DNA of 64,000 nucleotides from Macrostomum hystrix (taxonomy: Eukaryota; Animalia; Platyhelminthes). How positions within the stretch are numbered: position 1 is the first letter of the stretch; each line of letters starts with the position of its first letter. Made by a program: the position numbers and the translations under genes. The DNA lies in contig CATNEN010000003.1 in assembly GCA_950097015.1 (NCBI GenBank), positions 10,850,001-10,914,000 on the forward strand, read 5' to 3'. The notes beneath the pieces were generated by a model that searched no databases, had not been told where the DNA came from, and saw only the letters and a program-made list of their open reading frames with translations. Shown here piece after piece: positions 1-12,483 of this stretch.

Positions 1-123
1 ATTCATGGAGATTTCCTGGAATATAGGGAGATTTCTTAGGGTCAAAATGGATTTTCAATGTCTAATAATTGTGTTATTTGTGAACTAATTGAAGTTGAAA
101 ATTCGCTATCATTGCCTTCTTAG

Positions 124-3100
124 AGCTTCAAAATCCATGTATCATGGCTTGGGCTACGCCACTATCTGCTATCTCCAAGCCTCGATGACCATGGAGAGGC
201 CGAATATTCAACAGGCTGTAGACGCCACAAAGCAGGGCCTGCAGGTGTGTCACAGACTGCGCAGGCGAGGCCTAGTTGCCTCCAGGCAGCCGAACGATTT
301 CACCGACGAACAATGCCACGCTGAGCTGTGCTACGCTGAACTGCTGTTAGAGAAGGCTGTGCTCACCTTTCTGCAGGATGAGAATCTCATCGCGTTTGTT
401 AAGGTGAGAAAGCACGCTGATTGGTCACTTAAAGACAGAAGAGAATCAGGTAGACTGAGTATACTATAAATTAGCCAGAGTAGAGAATCGGGCAGGCTGA
501 TACGAGAATCGGCTAGGCTGATAAGAGAATCGGGTAGGCTGATAAGAGAATCGGGTAGGCTGATAAGAGAATCGGGTAAGCTGATAAGAGAATCGGGTAG
601 GCTGATAAGAGAATCGGTTAGGCTGATAAGAGAATCGGGTAGGCTGATAAGAGAATCGGGTAGGCTGATAAGAGAATCGGGTAGGCTGATAAGAGAATCG
701 GGTAGGTTGATAAGAGAATCGGCTAGGCTGATAAGATAATCGGGTAGGTTGATAAGAGAATCGGCTAGGCTGATAAGAGAATCGGGTAGGTTGATAAGAG
801 AATCGGGTAGGCTGATAAGAGAATCGGCTAGGCTGATAAGAGAATCGGGTAGGTTGATAAGAGAATCGGCTAGGCTGATAAGAGAATCGGCTAGGCTGAT
901 AAGAGAATCGGCTAGGCTGATAAGAGAATCGGCTAGGCTGATAAGAGAATCGGCTAGGCTGATAAGAGAATCGGCTAGGCTGATAAGAGAATTGGGTAGG
1001 CTGATAAGAGAATCGGGTAGGCTGATAAGAGAATCGGGTAGGCTGATAAGAGAATCGGGTAGGCTGATAAGAGAATCGGGTAGGCTGATAAGAGAATCGG
1101 GTAGGCTGATAAGAGAATCGGGTAGGCTGATAAGAGAATCGGGTAAGCTGATAAGAGAATCGGGTAGGCTGATAAGAGAATCGGGTAGGCTGATAAGAGA
1201 ATCGGGTAGGCTGATAAGAGAATCGGGTAGGCTGATAAGAGAATCGGGTAGGCTGATAAGAGAATCGGGTAGGCTGATAAGAGAATCGGGTAGGCTGATA
1301 AGAGAATCGGGTAGGCTGATAAGAGAATCGGGTAAGCTGATAAGAGAATCGGGTAGGCTGATAAGAGAATCGGGTAGGCTGATAAGAGAATCGGGTAGGC
1401 TGATAAGATAATCTTTTAGGCTGAAAAGGCAATAGGATAAATTGAGTCAAGACAGATGAAGTCTTGATGAAGCTACACAGTAAGGCCTCTAAAACTATCA
1501 TCCAGGGCGGGCTGAAGATACGCGAGTGTCACAAAGCCTACAAGGAGTGCTGGCGCCTATTGCACAAGCGCCGTTGGTCTAACAATCAATTGAAGCTGCA
1601 CTTTGAAAGTGGCGCCAGATTAGGCGAAGGAGCATTCAATCTGCTCCTGAGTCTATTGCCGCCCAGACTATTGAGACTGTTGGAATTTGTTGGCTTCTCA
1701 GGCGAACGACGCTACGGCCTGGAACAGATGCAGCTGGCCGCGGCCTTGAAGGGCAGCGTCCGGGCTCCTCTAGCTAGGATAATGCTGCTAGTTTATCACA
1801 CCACATTCGCTCACATACTGGGCGCCGGAGCTTGCGACCTGCCAGCTGTTCAAAGCCTGCTGGAGCCTTGCCTGGCAGCTCATCCTGACGGAGCTATGTT
1901 TCTCTACTTTCAGGTGTGTGTCGTTGACCCCCTGTTGATCGTTAAATAATAGGGGTCATTGACCTCCTCCAGTTGTTTAATGAAGGATAGGGGTCATTGA
2001 CCTCTTCCAGTTTTTTATAAAGGATAGAGGTCATTGACCTCCTCCAGTTTTTATAAAGAAAAGGGGTCATTGACCTCCTCCAGTTTTTTAATGCAGGTGA
2101 TAAGGGGTCTTTGACCTGCTCCAGTTTTTAATGCAGGTGATAGGGGGTCATTGACCTCCTCCAGTTTTTTTAATGAAGGGGATAGGGGTCATTGATCTCC
2201 TCCAGTTTCTTAATGCAGGAGATAGGGGTCATTGACCTCCTCCAGTTTTTCAATGCAGGTGATAGGGGGTCATTGACCTCCTCCAGTTTTTTAATGCAGG
2301 TGATAGGGGGTCATTGACCTCCTCCAGTTTTTTTAATGAAGGGGATAGGGGTCATTGACCTCCTCCAGTTTCTTAATGCAGGGGATAGGGGTCATTGACC
2401 TCCTCCAAATGATTAATGACCGATGGGGTCATTGACCTCCTTCTCCAGTAAATTGATGAAGGAGAGGAATCGTTGACCTCTTCTAACAGATAATGAACAC
2501 TAATAAGACTACAGCGTGTATTTTAAAAACCCAAATTTTTCTCTTTATGTATCGGTAAAATATTCAACCAGTCGCCATGAAAATCCAGAACACTGGCAAC
2601 ATTTTTCCGTTCTAGCCGATGAGAAAACTTCCAGAATCACAAAACATCGGCATCTTCCAGATATTCAACGATTCTGGTCTCAGTGTCTGGTTGCGAAAAA
2701 AAATAGGATAATAATATTCTGCTCACATAATTTAATTTTTCATATATGTGGGACTATTTTAGATTTCTTAAAATGTTATTTTTTCATTCCTGAACCAATA
2801 TTGATTGGTGATTGAATACACGCATTTTGATTGATAGGGTCGTCAGCAGCTTCTATCTGGGCAGTCTCGCCTAGCTGTTCAGGCTTTCGAACGGAGCATT
2901 GAATCGCAGAGTGAATGGGTCCAGTTGCATCTAGTCTGCTATTGGGAACTAATGTGGACTCAAGCCTACTCAGCGGATTGGCTGTTGGCTATGAAATATG
3001 CCGAAATTTTAGCCAAGGAATCGCGATGGAGTAAGGCCACGCTTGTCTATCAGAAAGCGGCCTTTCTATACGAGTGCGCGTCAGCCAGTACAGAGAACGG

Positions 3101-4788
3101 TGGGAAACAACAGCTTAATGCGGCTGGCGACAGCGGACACCTAGCTGGGCTGATGGAACAGGTGAGAACGATTCAGAAGTACCTGTATCCACACATCTTT
3201 TGTAGGTTTTACAATCGACACATCTTTTGTAGGTTTTACAATCGACACATCTTTTGTAGGTTTTACAATCGACACATCTTTTGTAGGTTTTACAATCGAC
3301 ACATCTTTTGTAGGTTTTACAATCGACACATCTTTTGTAGGTTTTACAATCGACACATCTTTTGTAGGTTTTACAATCGACACATCTTTTGTAGGTTTTA
3401 CAATCGACACATCTTTTGTAGGTTTTACAATCGACACAATATTTTGTAGGTTTTACAATCGACACAATAATTTGTAGGTTTTACAATCGACACAATATTT
3501 TGTAGGTTTTACAATCGACACATCTTTTGTAGGTTTTACAATCGACACAATAATTTGTAGGTTTTACAATCGACACATCTTTTGTAGGTTTTACAATCGA
3601 CACAATAATTTGTAGGTTTTACAATCGACACATCTTTTGTAGGTTTTACAATCGACACATCTTTTGTAGGTTTTACAATCGACACATCTTTTGTAGGTTT
3701 TACAATCGACACATCTTTTGTAGGTTTTACAATCGACACAATAATTTGTAGGTTTTACAATCGACACATCTTTTGTAGGTTTTACAATCGACACATCTTT
3801 TGTAGGTTTTACAATCGACACATATTTATCTCTTTTAAAGTCGCTTCCTTGCGAAGCTCCGTCCTTCACCATCGCTCAAACCCGCCGTCACGCCCAGGTG
3901 CCAAGCCTTTGCCAACGCATCGCTGGCAAGAGTTTGCCTATTGAAAAATTCGCCATGCGCAAAGCTCGGCGATTCGCCGAACAAGGCGGTCGCCTAACCC
4001 TGCCCGGCCTTGAAGTGGTGTACGTTTGGAACGGCTTCCCTCTTGTTGGTCGCGGCGAAGGTCCTCAAGCTATCAAGGTGTTCTTAGCCGCTGTTGATAA
4101 AGCTGCTGACGAATTGGACAAGGGCCGGCAAAACAGCAGCAACCGCAGCTGGCCCTACCCCGATGATGACGCTGCCCTCATTCTGCTGCTGCGTGGCGCT
4201 TGCTTGAAACAGCTTGGCCAGTCAGCTGCTGCTGAGCAGTGCTTCCAGGTGGGTTCCTTGAGATTAACAATGTCTTTGTTCGCCAATTAAACTCTGTAGG
4301 ATTAACAAATTTTTGTTTCCCAGCTAGGATTAACTAGGTCTTTGTTCCTCAATTAAAACAGTGTAGTATTAACTAGATTTTTGTTCGGAACTCAAACGCT
4401 TTAAGATATACTAGGTCTTTGTACCTCATTAAAACTTTATCGGATTAACTAGGTCTTTGTTCCCCACTCAAACCTAGTATGATTACCTGGCTTTTCAACC
4501 AACTTCTACCAAGCAGGTTTAAATTTTTTGTTCTAAAAAATTTGTCTATTCCAGGAAATCGTGGACGACCGACTGGCTCGTCGAGTCCGCCTGGATCGTC
4601 ACGTGATCGCATGGGCTTGGCTTGAGCTGGCCCTGCTGCGCCTCGACGAAAATCGCCGACCGGAAGCCTCCGCCTGCATTGACGCCTGCTTGGCCTGCCG
4701 CGGTGTCAGCCTGGAGTCCAGGATTCACTTCCGGGCGCACGCTCTGGCACTGTCTATGGCCGAGACTGCCGCCGTACCGGCTAGCTAG
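124..4788 (+). CDS. TTC39: Tetratricopeptide repeat protein 39 family (Iml2/TTC39), 5' end outside window. Exons 124-403, 1506-1913, 2838-3161, 3898-4248, 4555-4788
   Basis: GT-AG junctions with compatible phases. Family-typical motifs: HAELCYAE..L..A.L.FLQDE..L..FVKGGLKIR, LHFESG..LG.G.FNL.LSLLP..LL.LLEFVGFSG, CYWELMW, ESRWSKA, RIAGKSLP.EKFA.RK, and C-terminal SLESRIHFR.H. Stop TAG at 4786-4788. Confidence 0.9.
483..1410. repeat. 21-bp minisatellite (GATAAGAGAATCGGGTAGGCT) in TTC39 intron
   Basis: About 44 near-identical tandem units read directly; explains ORFs 464-1501 and 749-1411. Confidence 0.97.
1950..2447. repeat. ~37-41-bp minisatellite with palindromic GGGTCATTGACCT core in TTC39 intron
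   Basis: 13 tandem units of the form GGGGTCATTGACCTCCTCCAGTTTTTTAATG(C/A)AGG..ATA. Confidence 0.93.
3190..3823. repeat. 27-bp minisatellite (TTTGTAGGTTTTACAATCGACACATCT) in TTC39 intron
   Basis: About 23 tandem units, some 28-29-bp variants. Confidence 0.97.
4260..4490. repeat. Degenerate tandem repeat (GGATTAACTAGGTCTTTGTTCC-like) in last TTC39 intron
   Basis: About 6 diverged copies of GATTAAC(T/A)A..T(C/T)TTTGTT. Confidence 0.6.
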
Positions 4789-6171
4789 ACAATCTGCACT
4801 CCGGCTGTTGACGCCGTTATTTTTTTTCTTAAAAAGGCTTTTTGTTTTTTTGTAACTTTTGAGCGCACGTCGCAGTTTACTGTTTTTTGGTTTATGATTA
4901 TACATTTTTGGTCCTTTGTGTTAGCTATTTCTTGTCGAAGTTATAATCTATATCAGGCTATTATTATCAAATTTGATTGCCGGAATCAAAGTTTTATGAA
5001 GATAGATTCCTCATTTCAGTGTATTACGTTACCAACGTTTTGTTATTAAACTCAATGTTATTCAGTTAAAAAAAGCAACTCAATTTATATCCGCCCTACC
5101 CTCATTGTGTAGTAGCTACTAGTTATTATTGTTATTACTCTAGTCAGACATTTTTTCTTGTTTTTACTCTTAGTTTAGTTATTTCTCGTACTCGATTGTT
5201 AAACAAACATTTTCTAATAAAATGAACAAAAAAACGAATTTCCTTGGCGCCTCATCACCCTACTACTAGTAGAAATAGTGCAATAGTACGCTCGTAATTT
5301 CGGTAGCATTTTTTCCGCGCCACCTAGTAGTCAAATAGGCGTGTAGCATTAGATAATTTTGTGTTTAATAATTTTCTTTTATATTTTTATTTGCTCACAA
5401 AAATTAAATGTTTTGCTTTGTTCTTTGTTTTATATTTTGTTGGCTTCTCTAGATTCGTTCTAGAAACATTTGTACTAATTTAAACATTTAAAAGCGTCTG
5501 ATCAAGTAAAGCACAAACTATAGAACAATTCGATTGCTTTCAACTGTTTATTTTCTAACAAAAAACTAAAAGCGACAATTCTTTGTCTAACAAAGACATG
5601 TTTTTAACAGATGATATTCTTTACTCTAGTTTCTTGTTTCTAATATTCAAGCTAATACTTCTTTTTACAATTAATTTTGATAATTGCATAAACTATCAAT
5701 CAATGCTGATTTAACCATGGCCTCCTGAAGCAGAAACCAAATGAAGACAAAAAGCAACTGTCTATGGCTAAATTAAGGGAAACACAGCCTCCATTCCTGC
5801 GTAAATTAGTAATAGATTTACTCATATTTTCTTATCATGCCTACTATAAGTAGGGTCTCGTGTGTAATAAATATTCCTATTTATTTCTATCTCTGTTGTT
5901 CAATTTAGTTTTCCAAACTGAAATTTTAACATTCTCTTGACGAAACCTTGATAGTGAAGCTTATATTAAAGCAGAGGATATTATGAGTTGGTTTTTTAAT
6001 AGATATTCGTGATACAAATAAACAAAGAAGTTACAAATCCTTTATTTATAAATTTGTGTCAGCTGTTGCGTTTTCTTGCTGAAAAAATTGATTTGTGCTT
6101 CAAACCTTGCGCTTGTGCTTTCTTTCTTTGATTCAACCTTTGATTCTTGCCACATGTCAATACATGACACG

Positions 6172-6634
6172 TCTCTTGCTGCGATTCTTGCTACTACTCT
6201 TGCTGCGATTCTGGCTACTTCTCTTGCTGCGATTCTTGCTACTTCTCTTGCTGCGATTCTTGCTACTTCTCTTGCTGCGATTCTTGCTACTACTCTTGCT
6301 GCGATTCTTGCTACTTCTCTTGCTGCGATTCTTGCTACTTCTCTTGCTGCGATTCTTGCTACTACTCTTGCTGCGATTCTTGCTACTTCTCTTGCTGCGA
6401 TTCTTGCTACTACTCTTGCTGCGATTCTGGCTACTTCTCTTGCTGCGATTCTGGCTACTTCTCTTGCTGCGATTCCGGCTAGCACTCTTGCTGCGATTCC
6501 GCTACTTCTCTTCTTACGATTCCGGCTACTTCTCTTGCTGCGATTCTGGCTAGCACTCTTGCTGCGATTCCGCTACTTCTCTTCCTACGATTCCGGCTAC
6601 TTCTCTTGCTGCGATTCTGGCTACTTCTCTTGCT
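6172..6634. repeat. 24-bp minisatellite (CTCTTGCTGCGATTCTTGCTACTT), intergenic
   Basis: About 19 tandem units. Confidence 0.95.
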
Positions 6635-7094
6635 AGAGAAAAACAGTTCTTGTGCTCCGAGTCATAACGTATATTGTTTCCAAGACAATGAAAAATATTG
6701 ATTTGTTGAAACTTTTCTTGATGAAGTAATATAGGTATAATACGCTCCGGAAATCCTGCACGAGTACGGGACAATCACTACGTGCAGCTCCACTGAATGC
6801 TAGTCAGGATGCCTTGGCAAGCGATGCTGCCCGTCATAATGAATCCATTATTGTCTCTCGATTTCTCCAACAGAATCAGGAAACTCGCGCGAAAGAAAAC
6901 CTTTGGCGAAGCCTCAGAATTTTTACACAAAAAGCTTCGAGACAACAGCAGCGGACGCAATTCTAAATTCTTTATAAATGACTGTTTACAAATGAGGAGC
7001 AACAATTATGTTTCTAAACTTACCAGCAGTAATACGAAGTAGGTCCTGAGTTTAAACTTAGTCGATCTTCTTGTTTGGACTAAACTGATTTATC

Positions 7095-8817
7095 ATGCTG
7101 GCTGCATGCAGAAAACATAAAATTACAACCCAGATTCTCTTGATGTTGTGTCTCATCTCTGCAGCCACAGCAGCAGCCGTTAAGCTGTCATTCGAGAGCA
7201 GCAGGCAGTGCCCCACTGCAGCCGCCTCCCTGCAGGCTCAGAGGCTGGCCAGCAGGCTGCAGTGCGCCGCTGTCTGCAGCCAGCAGCCCCGATGCAACGC
7301 GTTCCACTTTGACCAGCCCAACAACAAGTGCTACCTCGGAGACGCGTGTTCCGAGCTCGCTCAGTGGACTGCCGGTGATTGCGACTCTCACAAGTACACC
7401 GATGTGCTGTGTGGAGACTGCGGTGAGTTGCACAGCTGAGGTGTCACTCTGGCTGCACTGGCTGCATGCCAATCCCATCAGTGCATTGGAGTCACTCAGT
7501 CACCAAGCTGAGCATTCACGCACGCATTTCAGATGTGGCCAAGCCCGTGTTCAGCCAGCTGCAGATGAAGATGTTCTACAAGTTCTCTCGGAGCGGTCTG
7601 GTCAATGAGGTCAACCCGAGACTGTTCTGCCTCACGGCTCACAATGTGATCGTAGATGGCAATGGAGCTCAGTTCAAAGGTTATTCTGGTTCCTATCTGA
7701 GAACTGCAACTCCTGGTTTCTGGCAAAACTTCCGTACCGGTGCGAAATTTTCCGCTTTCGTTAGCGTCCGACACGCCTTTAAAGCTGGGTGAGCATTGGC
7801 CATTTTGAGTGTTTTTTAGGCATTTTTGCTTAAGAATGGAGCTGTAAATTTTTTTAGAAACATCGCCTTTGGCCTGTGCGTGCTTGAGGTTTGGCCATTG
7901 AATGTTTCTAACGAGCCTCTAAGGTTTTGTTTCCCGTCCCGGTGTTTTATTTGTCCATGGTCGACCCTAGACTCCCTCGATTCTTCTCTATGATCTTTAT
8001 ATCCGGGTTGAAGCTTTTGTCTATGGTCAGAACTATCCGCGCCCTCGCAAAACATCAAGATTTGCTAGTTCGAGCTATATATTGGCCATGCACGGAAAAT
8101 GCACATGTTTGATGGTCCAATTTAAAAATTAAAATTTAGTTAATTTTTTAGTAAATTTAAGTTTTTTGTTGCTGAGGGTACATTTATAACGATCGCATCA
8201 GTGTAAATTTCAAATAATTAGAATTATTTATTAAAATAATAATCATAATATTGTATTTATGCTGTACACACTGGTATTGTACTCGTACTTATTCATTAGT
8301 AATGCAGCATCGTTATATTTGCAATCTATCAATTGGATTGATTATTTATAGCAATCAGCTTGCGTCTCACCAAGTGTATTTTTCCATTGCTCACTTCAGC
8401 TATCAATTTTATCACAAGTTTGATCAGTGTGGAAGCGGATCTGGAAGTACGCTTGCTAAAGAGGACAATGTGATTTATCATGCTTTAGCTGAGGAAAGCG
8501 CTATGAACATTGCCTCGTTTTTGCATGCAACGTCTTTACTAACCATGGATGGGTTGCAAAGAAGTATTTCTGTTGGATTTGTCAACGGCAAAGCTGCTAA
8601 CGAATACTTCTTTCTTAACGGCTCCATGTATCCAGTCGACCGTTCATTGACTCAATCGAACAATTACAAGCAAAACCTGTTCGACTGCTTGAACCTCGGT
8701 CAGTCGAATAGTGACGCCAATTGTTTAAACGGCATTATGTTTTGCTACGGATTCAGTACCAAAGCTTTCAACCTGACTGACTTTCAGCGCGTCCAAATGC
8801 TGTGCAACGACGTCTAA
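7095..8817 (+). CDS. Secreted PAN/apple + LamG/ConA-like protein, paralog A. Exons 7095-7422, 7533-7788, 8400-8817
   Basis: Hydrophobic signal peptide; PAN-like C..C....C.AF.F......C.L motif; C-terminal GAQFKG..GSYL...LNGS...LNLG...CLNG.MFCYG pattern typical of LamG-like folds. Splice phases 1 and 2 are consistent. Confidence 0.75.
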
Positions 8818-9755
8818 AATTAAAGGGAACAACTTTTAACTTGGAGTATTTCGTTGAGTTTTGTAAAATCAAGTTTGCCACGAAATCAAGTATAACAACA
8901 CGCTTTTTCCATCGGAAAGCTTTTACAACATTTTATTCATTTTTTCGCAGCGAGAAAGTTTAGAGTTTGAAAGGTAATTTACCAATCATGCTGGATAATC
9001 GTTTGACAGTAAAAGACCACATAACACTATTTCAAACACCCACATTTTCATTTTTTCTATATCTCAAAAAATATTCAACCAATCACTATGAAAATCCAAT
9101 ACACTGGCTAAGATTTTCCGATGAAGCGAAATCTAGAATAACGAAGCATCGGCATTGTCGAGATATTCAACGATTCTCGTCGACGTGTCTGATGGCAAAA
9201 GCCAAAAAAGGCAAAACAAGTTCTGCTTATAAAATTTAGTCACGTAATCATGTCCGCTACTATTGTTGACAATATTTTATTGATTATATTGTTAATTTTT
9301 ACATAGGCAGTAGGTATTTGAAATACCTTCGTGGTCTATCTATTGGGTAACGAAACTCGTAGTTTCTTTGATAGCAGCTCAAAATATCGTCAAATCTATA
9401 TCGGCTACACGCTATTTGATGGGACACAGAAAACTACCCATTACCTTGACCTTTTTTAGTTATAGTATTATGTCTGTTTCAAAGATAATAATTCAACTAT
9501 ATATCCAATTGTACGGCTTAGCAGAGCTGAGTGGCCCAGCAGTCTACCTGTATCTGATTAGCGATTTTGAGAGTACATTTCAAACCACTTCTAACCCAGG
9601 TAGTACTATTTCTTTACAACTTATTCTTATTTGGTGACTCATGGGCACCCATTAGTTTATTAATTAGCTGCTTATAAACTAATAAAAGTTCTACTGAAAA
9701 AAACTGCAAATACTCTATTTGTTGTGATTGTCGGTTGTAAAGAGAACCCTGTCAA

Positions 9756-10124
9756 TAATAATAATAATTGCAGGAGGGCTGCGGGCAGTGGCACATCATT
9801 TAGTGACACTAGACCCGCAGCCAGCGAGGAGGCAATTCTGCCCATTTCGCTGACCCCTGAGCACACACGCACACAGATACTGTACGCAGGCACACGCTCA
9901 CACAGGTGTGTACATCTGCCCTGACTTTCTCATCGTCAGGCAGTGTACAATTCACTGTGCCTTGGAGGTTGGCCCTTGCTCCTCAAGGGCGTAAATTGCA
10001 CGACAAGCCCCCAAGCCTTCTCTCCGCGGCTGCGCCCCAAATAAATGTGGCCTTGCATTTATATCGAACTTAGGGACCGTGGTGCGAGACGCAAACGCGA
10101 TAACCGCTCTGCCACCGACCCCCC
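9756..10124 (-). mobile_element. Full-length tRNA-derived SINE (family 1) with 12-bp TSD
   Basis: Minus-strand head GGGGGGTCGGTGGCAGAGCGG...GTTCGAT (A/B boxes) and (ATT)n tail. Direct repeat GAACCCTGTCAA at 9744-9755 and 10125-10136. Homologous copies at ~10971 and ~21550. Confidence 0.85.
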
Positions 10125-10588
10125 GAACCCTGTCAAACTTATCGATTGATTTAGCTGGTATAAAAAGTCATCATTTATTGCTACTATAGACACGCCGACA
10201 ATTTGTTGTGACGGTCGCTTCCTGATTAGAAAAAAAGCATTCGAACCACTGAGGTGTGTCAAGTTCAATTAGTATTGGTAGATGCTGCCATTTTTAGGCC
10301 AAATGACTCTAGTGAGGGCATGGCACTTCAGAGGCATTCACAAAATCATGATTTGACAGATTCCACAACGGCAGTCAGCTAAAATAAAACGTCAACCAAC
10401 TTTGCGTCTAAAAAAACTCCGACAAAATTAACATACTAATTTAATTACATCTGGCACTTCATTAAGAAGTTTTATTCAGTGCGTTAAAACAAACAGCCAA
10501 TCAATACCTGCTGTTCCAAAACTGAATTTAAAGACAGAAACCCAAAGAAAAATTTCTTTCATAAGCGGAACCCTTACACAGAAAAATC

Positions 10589-12033
10589 ATGAATAATATC
10601 TCAGTACTTATAAAACTGCTTCCTATTCACTGCCTGGTCGTTATTGTCCCCAGTCCATGGACTGTCCAATGCAAAGTGCTACCGTATTTCTCGGCTGTCA
10701 AAGTCAGAAGCTGCCCCACTGCGGCCGCCTCTCTGCAGGCTCAGAGGCTGGCCAGCAGGCTGCAGTGCGCCGCTGTCTGCAGCCAGCAGCCCCGATGCAA
10801 CGCGTTCCACTTTGACCAGCCCAACAACAAGTGCTACCTCGGAGACGCGTGTTCCGAGCTCGCTCAGTGGACTGCCGGTGACTGCGACTCTTACAAGTAC
10901 ACCGATGTGCTGTGTGGAGACTGCGGTGAGTTGCACAGCTGAGATGTCACTCTGGCTGCACTGGCTGCATGGATAATAATATTAATTGCAGGTGGGCTGC
11001 AGGCAATGGCACATCATTTGGTGTCACAAGACCTGCAGCCAGCGAGGAGGCAGTTCTGCCCAGTTCACTGACTCCTGAGCACACACGCACTCAGATACCG
11101 TACGCAGGCACACACTCACACTGGTTGTGTACTTCTAGGAGGCTGGCCCTCAAGGGCCTAAATTGCACGACAATCCGCAAAGCCTTTTCTCCGAGGTTTC
11201 AACCTATTTAATGTGGCCTCACTGCTGCACGGAACTCGTGTACATGGTCGAATACGTATTCATTGAAAAATTTCAGAATCAATCGACCCCGTACTAAGTG
11301 GCCTGCAGATGAAACTGTTCTACAAGTTCTCTCGGAGCGGTCTGGTCAATGAGGTCAATCCAAGGCTCTCTTGTCTGACGGCCTACAATGTGACCTTGGA
11401 TTCTAGTGGGGCTCACTTTAAAGGCAGCACTCTGTCGTATCTGAAATCAGAAACTACCGGATTTGAGAAATACCTGCAGGTTGGCAGCAAGTACTCCATT
11501 TTCACTCAGGTCAATCACGTCATGGATACAGGGTGAGTTGAGCAGATGTGTGAAATTCTATTTTCAATGTGAAAACTGACACAAACTGGACCAAACTGGT
11601 TCCCTGCAGAACTCAGTACTACAGCAGGTTTCAGGAGTGCGCGGGCACTAGTCCTGGCAGCTCGATGATCAAGATGCTGAACCTTGTCTACGGGTTCTCA
11701 TGGCTGGCTGGCAGTGCTGGCACAGGGGAAAGCACATTCGGAATGTCCACCAGCTTCCTGCCCACTGACGGCACTAAGAGGCTGCTCTCATTTGGCCTGA
11801 CCTTCAACCAGACTGCTCACCAGAACTTCTACGAAAACGGCTCCTTTGTTCCCGTCGCGAGCTACTCAAAGAGCTCCTCAAACGTGTCTGCATTGGTGTT
11901 CCAGTGCCTCAGACTGGGCTTCGGTTATTCTGATGCTCAGTGTCTGAATGGCGACATTACCTGCTTCGGTTTGAGCACGCGACTACTCAACGTTGAGGAG
12001 TTTAACATTTTGAAACAGATCTGCCATATGTGA
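10589..12033 (+). CDS. Secreted PAN/apple + LamG-like protein, paralog B. Exons 10589-10925, 11277-11532, 11610-12033
   Basis: Same three-exon layout and intron phases as paralog A; frame intact after splicing. Confidence 0.75.
10971..11235 (-). mobile_element. 5'-truncated SINE family 1 copy in intron 1 of paralog B
   Basis: Aligns by eye to 9756-10060 (GCAGCCAGCGAGGAGGCA...GAGCACACACGCAC...AATGTGGCCT). Confidence 0.8.
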
Positions 12034-12289
12034 CTTAGATTAAAATTATTTATGAATCTCCGAAGCAATTTGAACTTGGTGAAGACTATATAAAATAGAT
12101 TTTATCAATTACCAGTTTATAAAAGACTGAGTGGAGTATGTCGCAATTTTCCCTATTTGTTCGGTTATTTACCATCCGCTGCAGTGCAAGTTGATCACAA
12201 ACTATAGATTGAAAAAGCCCGGTGTAAAGGGAGTTGACCATATTTTTATTCATTTCTACTCAGCATACGAGGACAGGAATCTAGAATTC

Positions 12290-12483
12290 GGGAGAGATGA
12301 GACAGGAGAGATGAGACAGGAGAGATGAGACAGGAGAGATGAGACAGGAGAGATGAGACAGGAGAGATGAGACAGGGGAGAGATGAGACAGGGGAGATAG
12401 ATAAGACAGGGGAGAGAGATAAGACAGGGAGAGATGGGACAGGGGAGAGATGAGACAGGGGAGAGATGAGACAGGGTAGAGAT
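12290..12483. repeat. 14-16-bp minisatellite (GGAGAGATGAGACA)
   Basis: Tandem units; related to the array inside the MITE at 30578-31040. Confidence 0.9.

Noticed and set aside
464-1501. Long repetitive ORFs (also 3115-3872, 6042-6636, 15220-15887, 26532-27035, 46974-47738, 48977-49690, 50420-52162, 57944-59548)
   Set aside because: They are translations of stop-free minisatellite frames within introns or intergenic DNA.
5315-5330. CTCF-like motif CCGCGCCACCTAGTAG
   Set aside because: Single imperfect hit with no supporting context.
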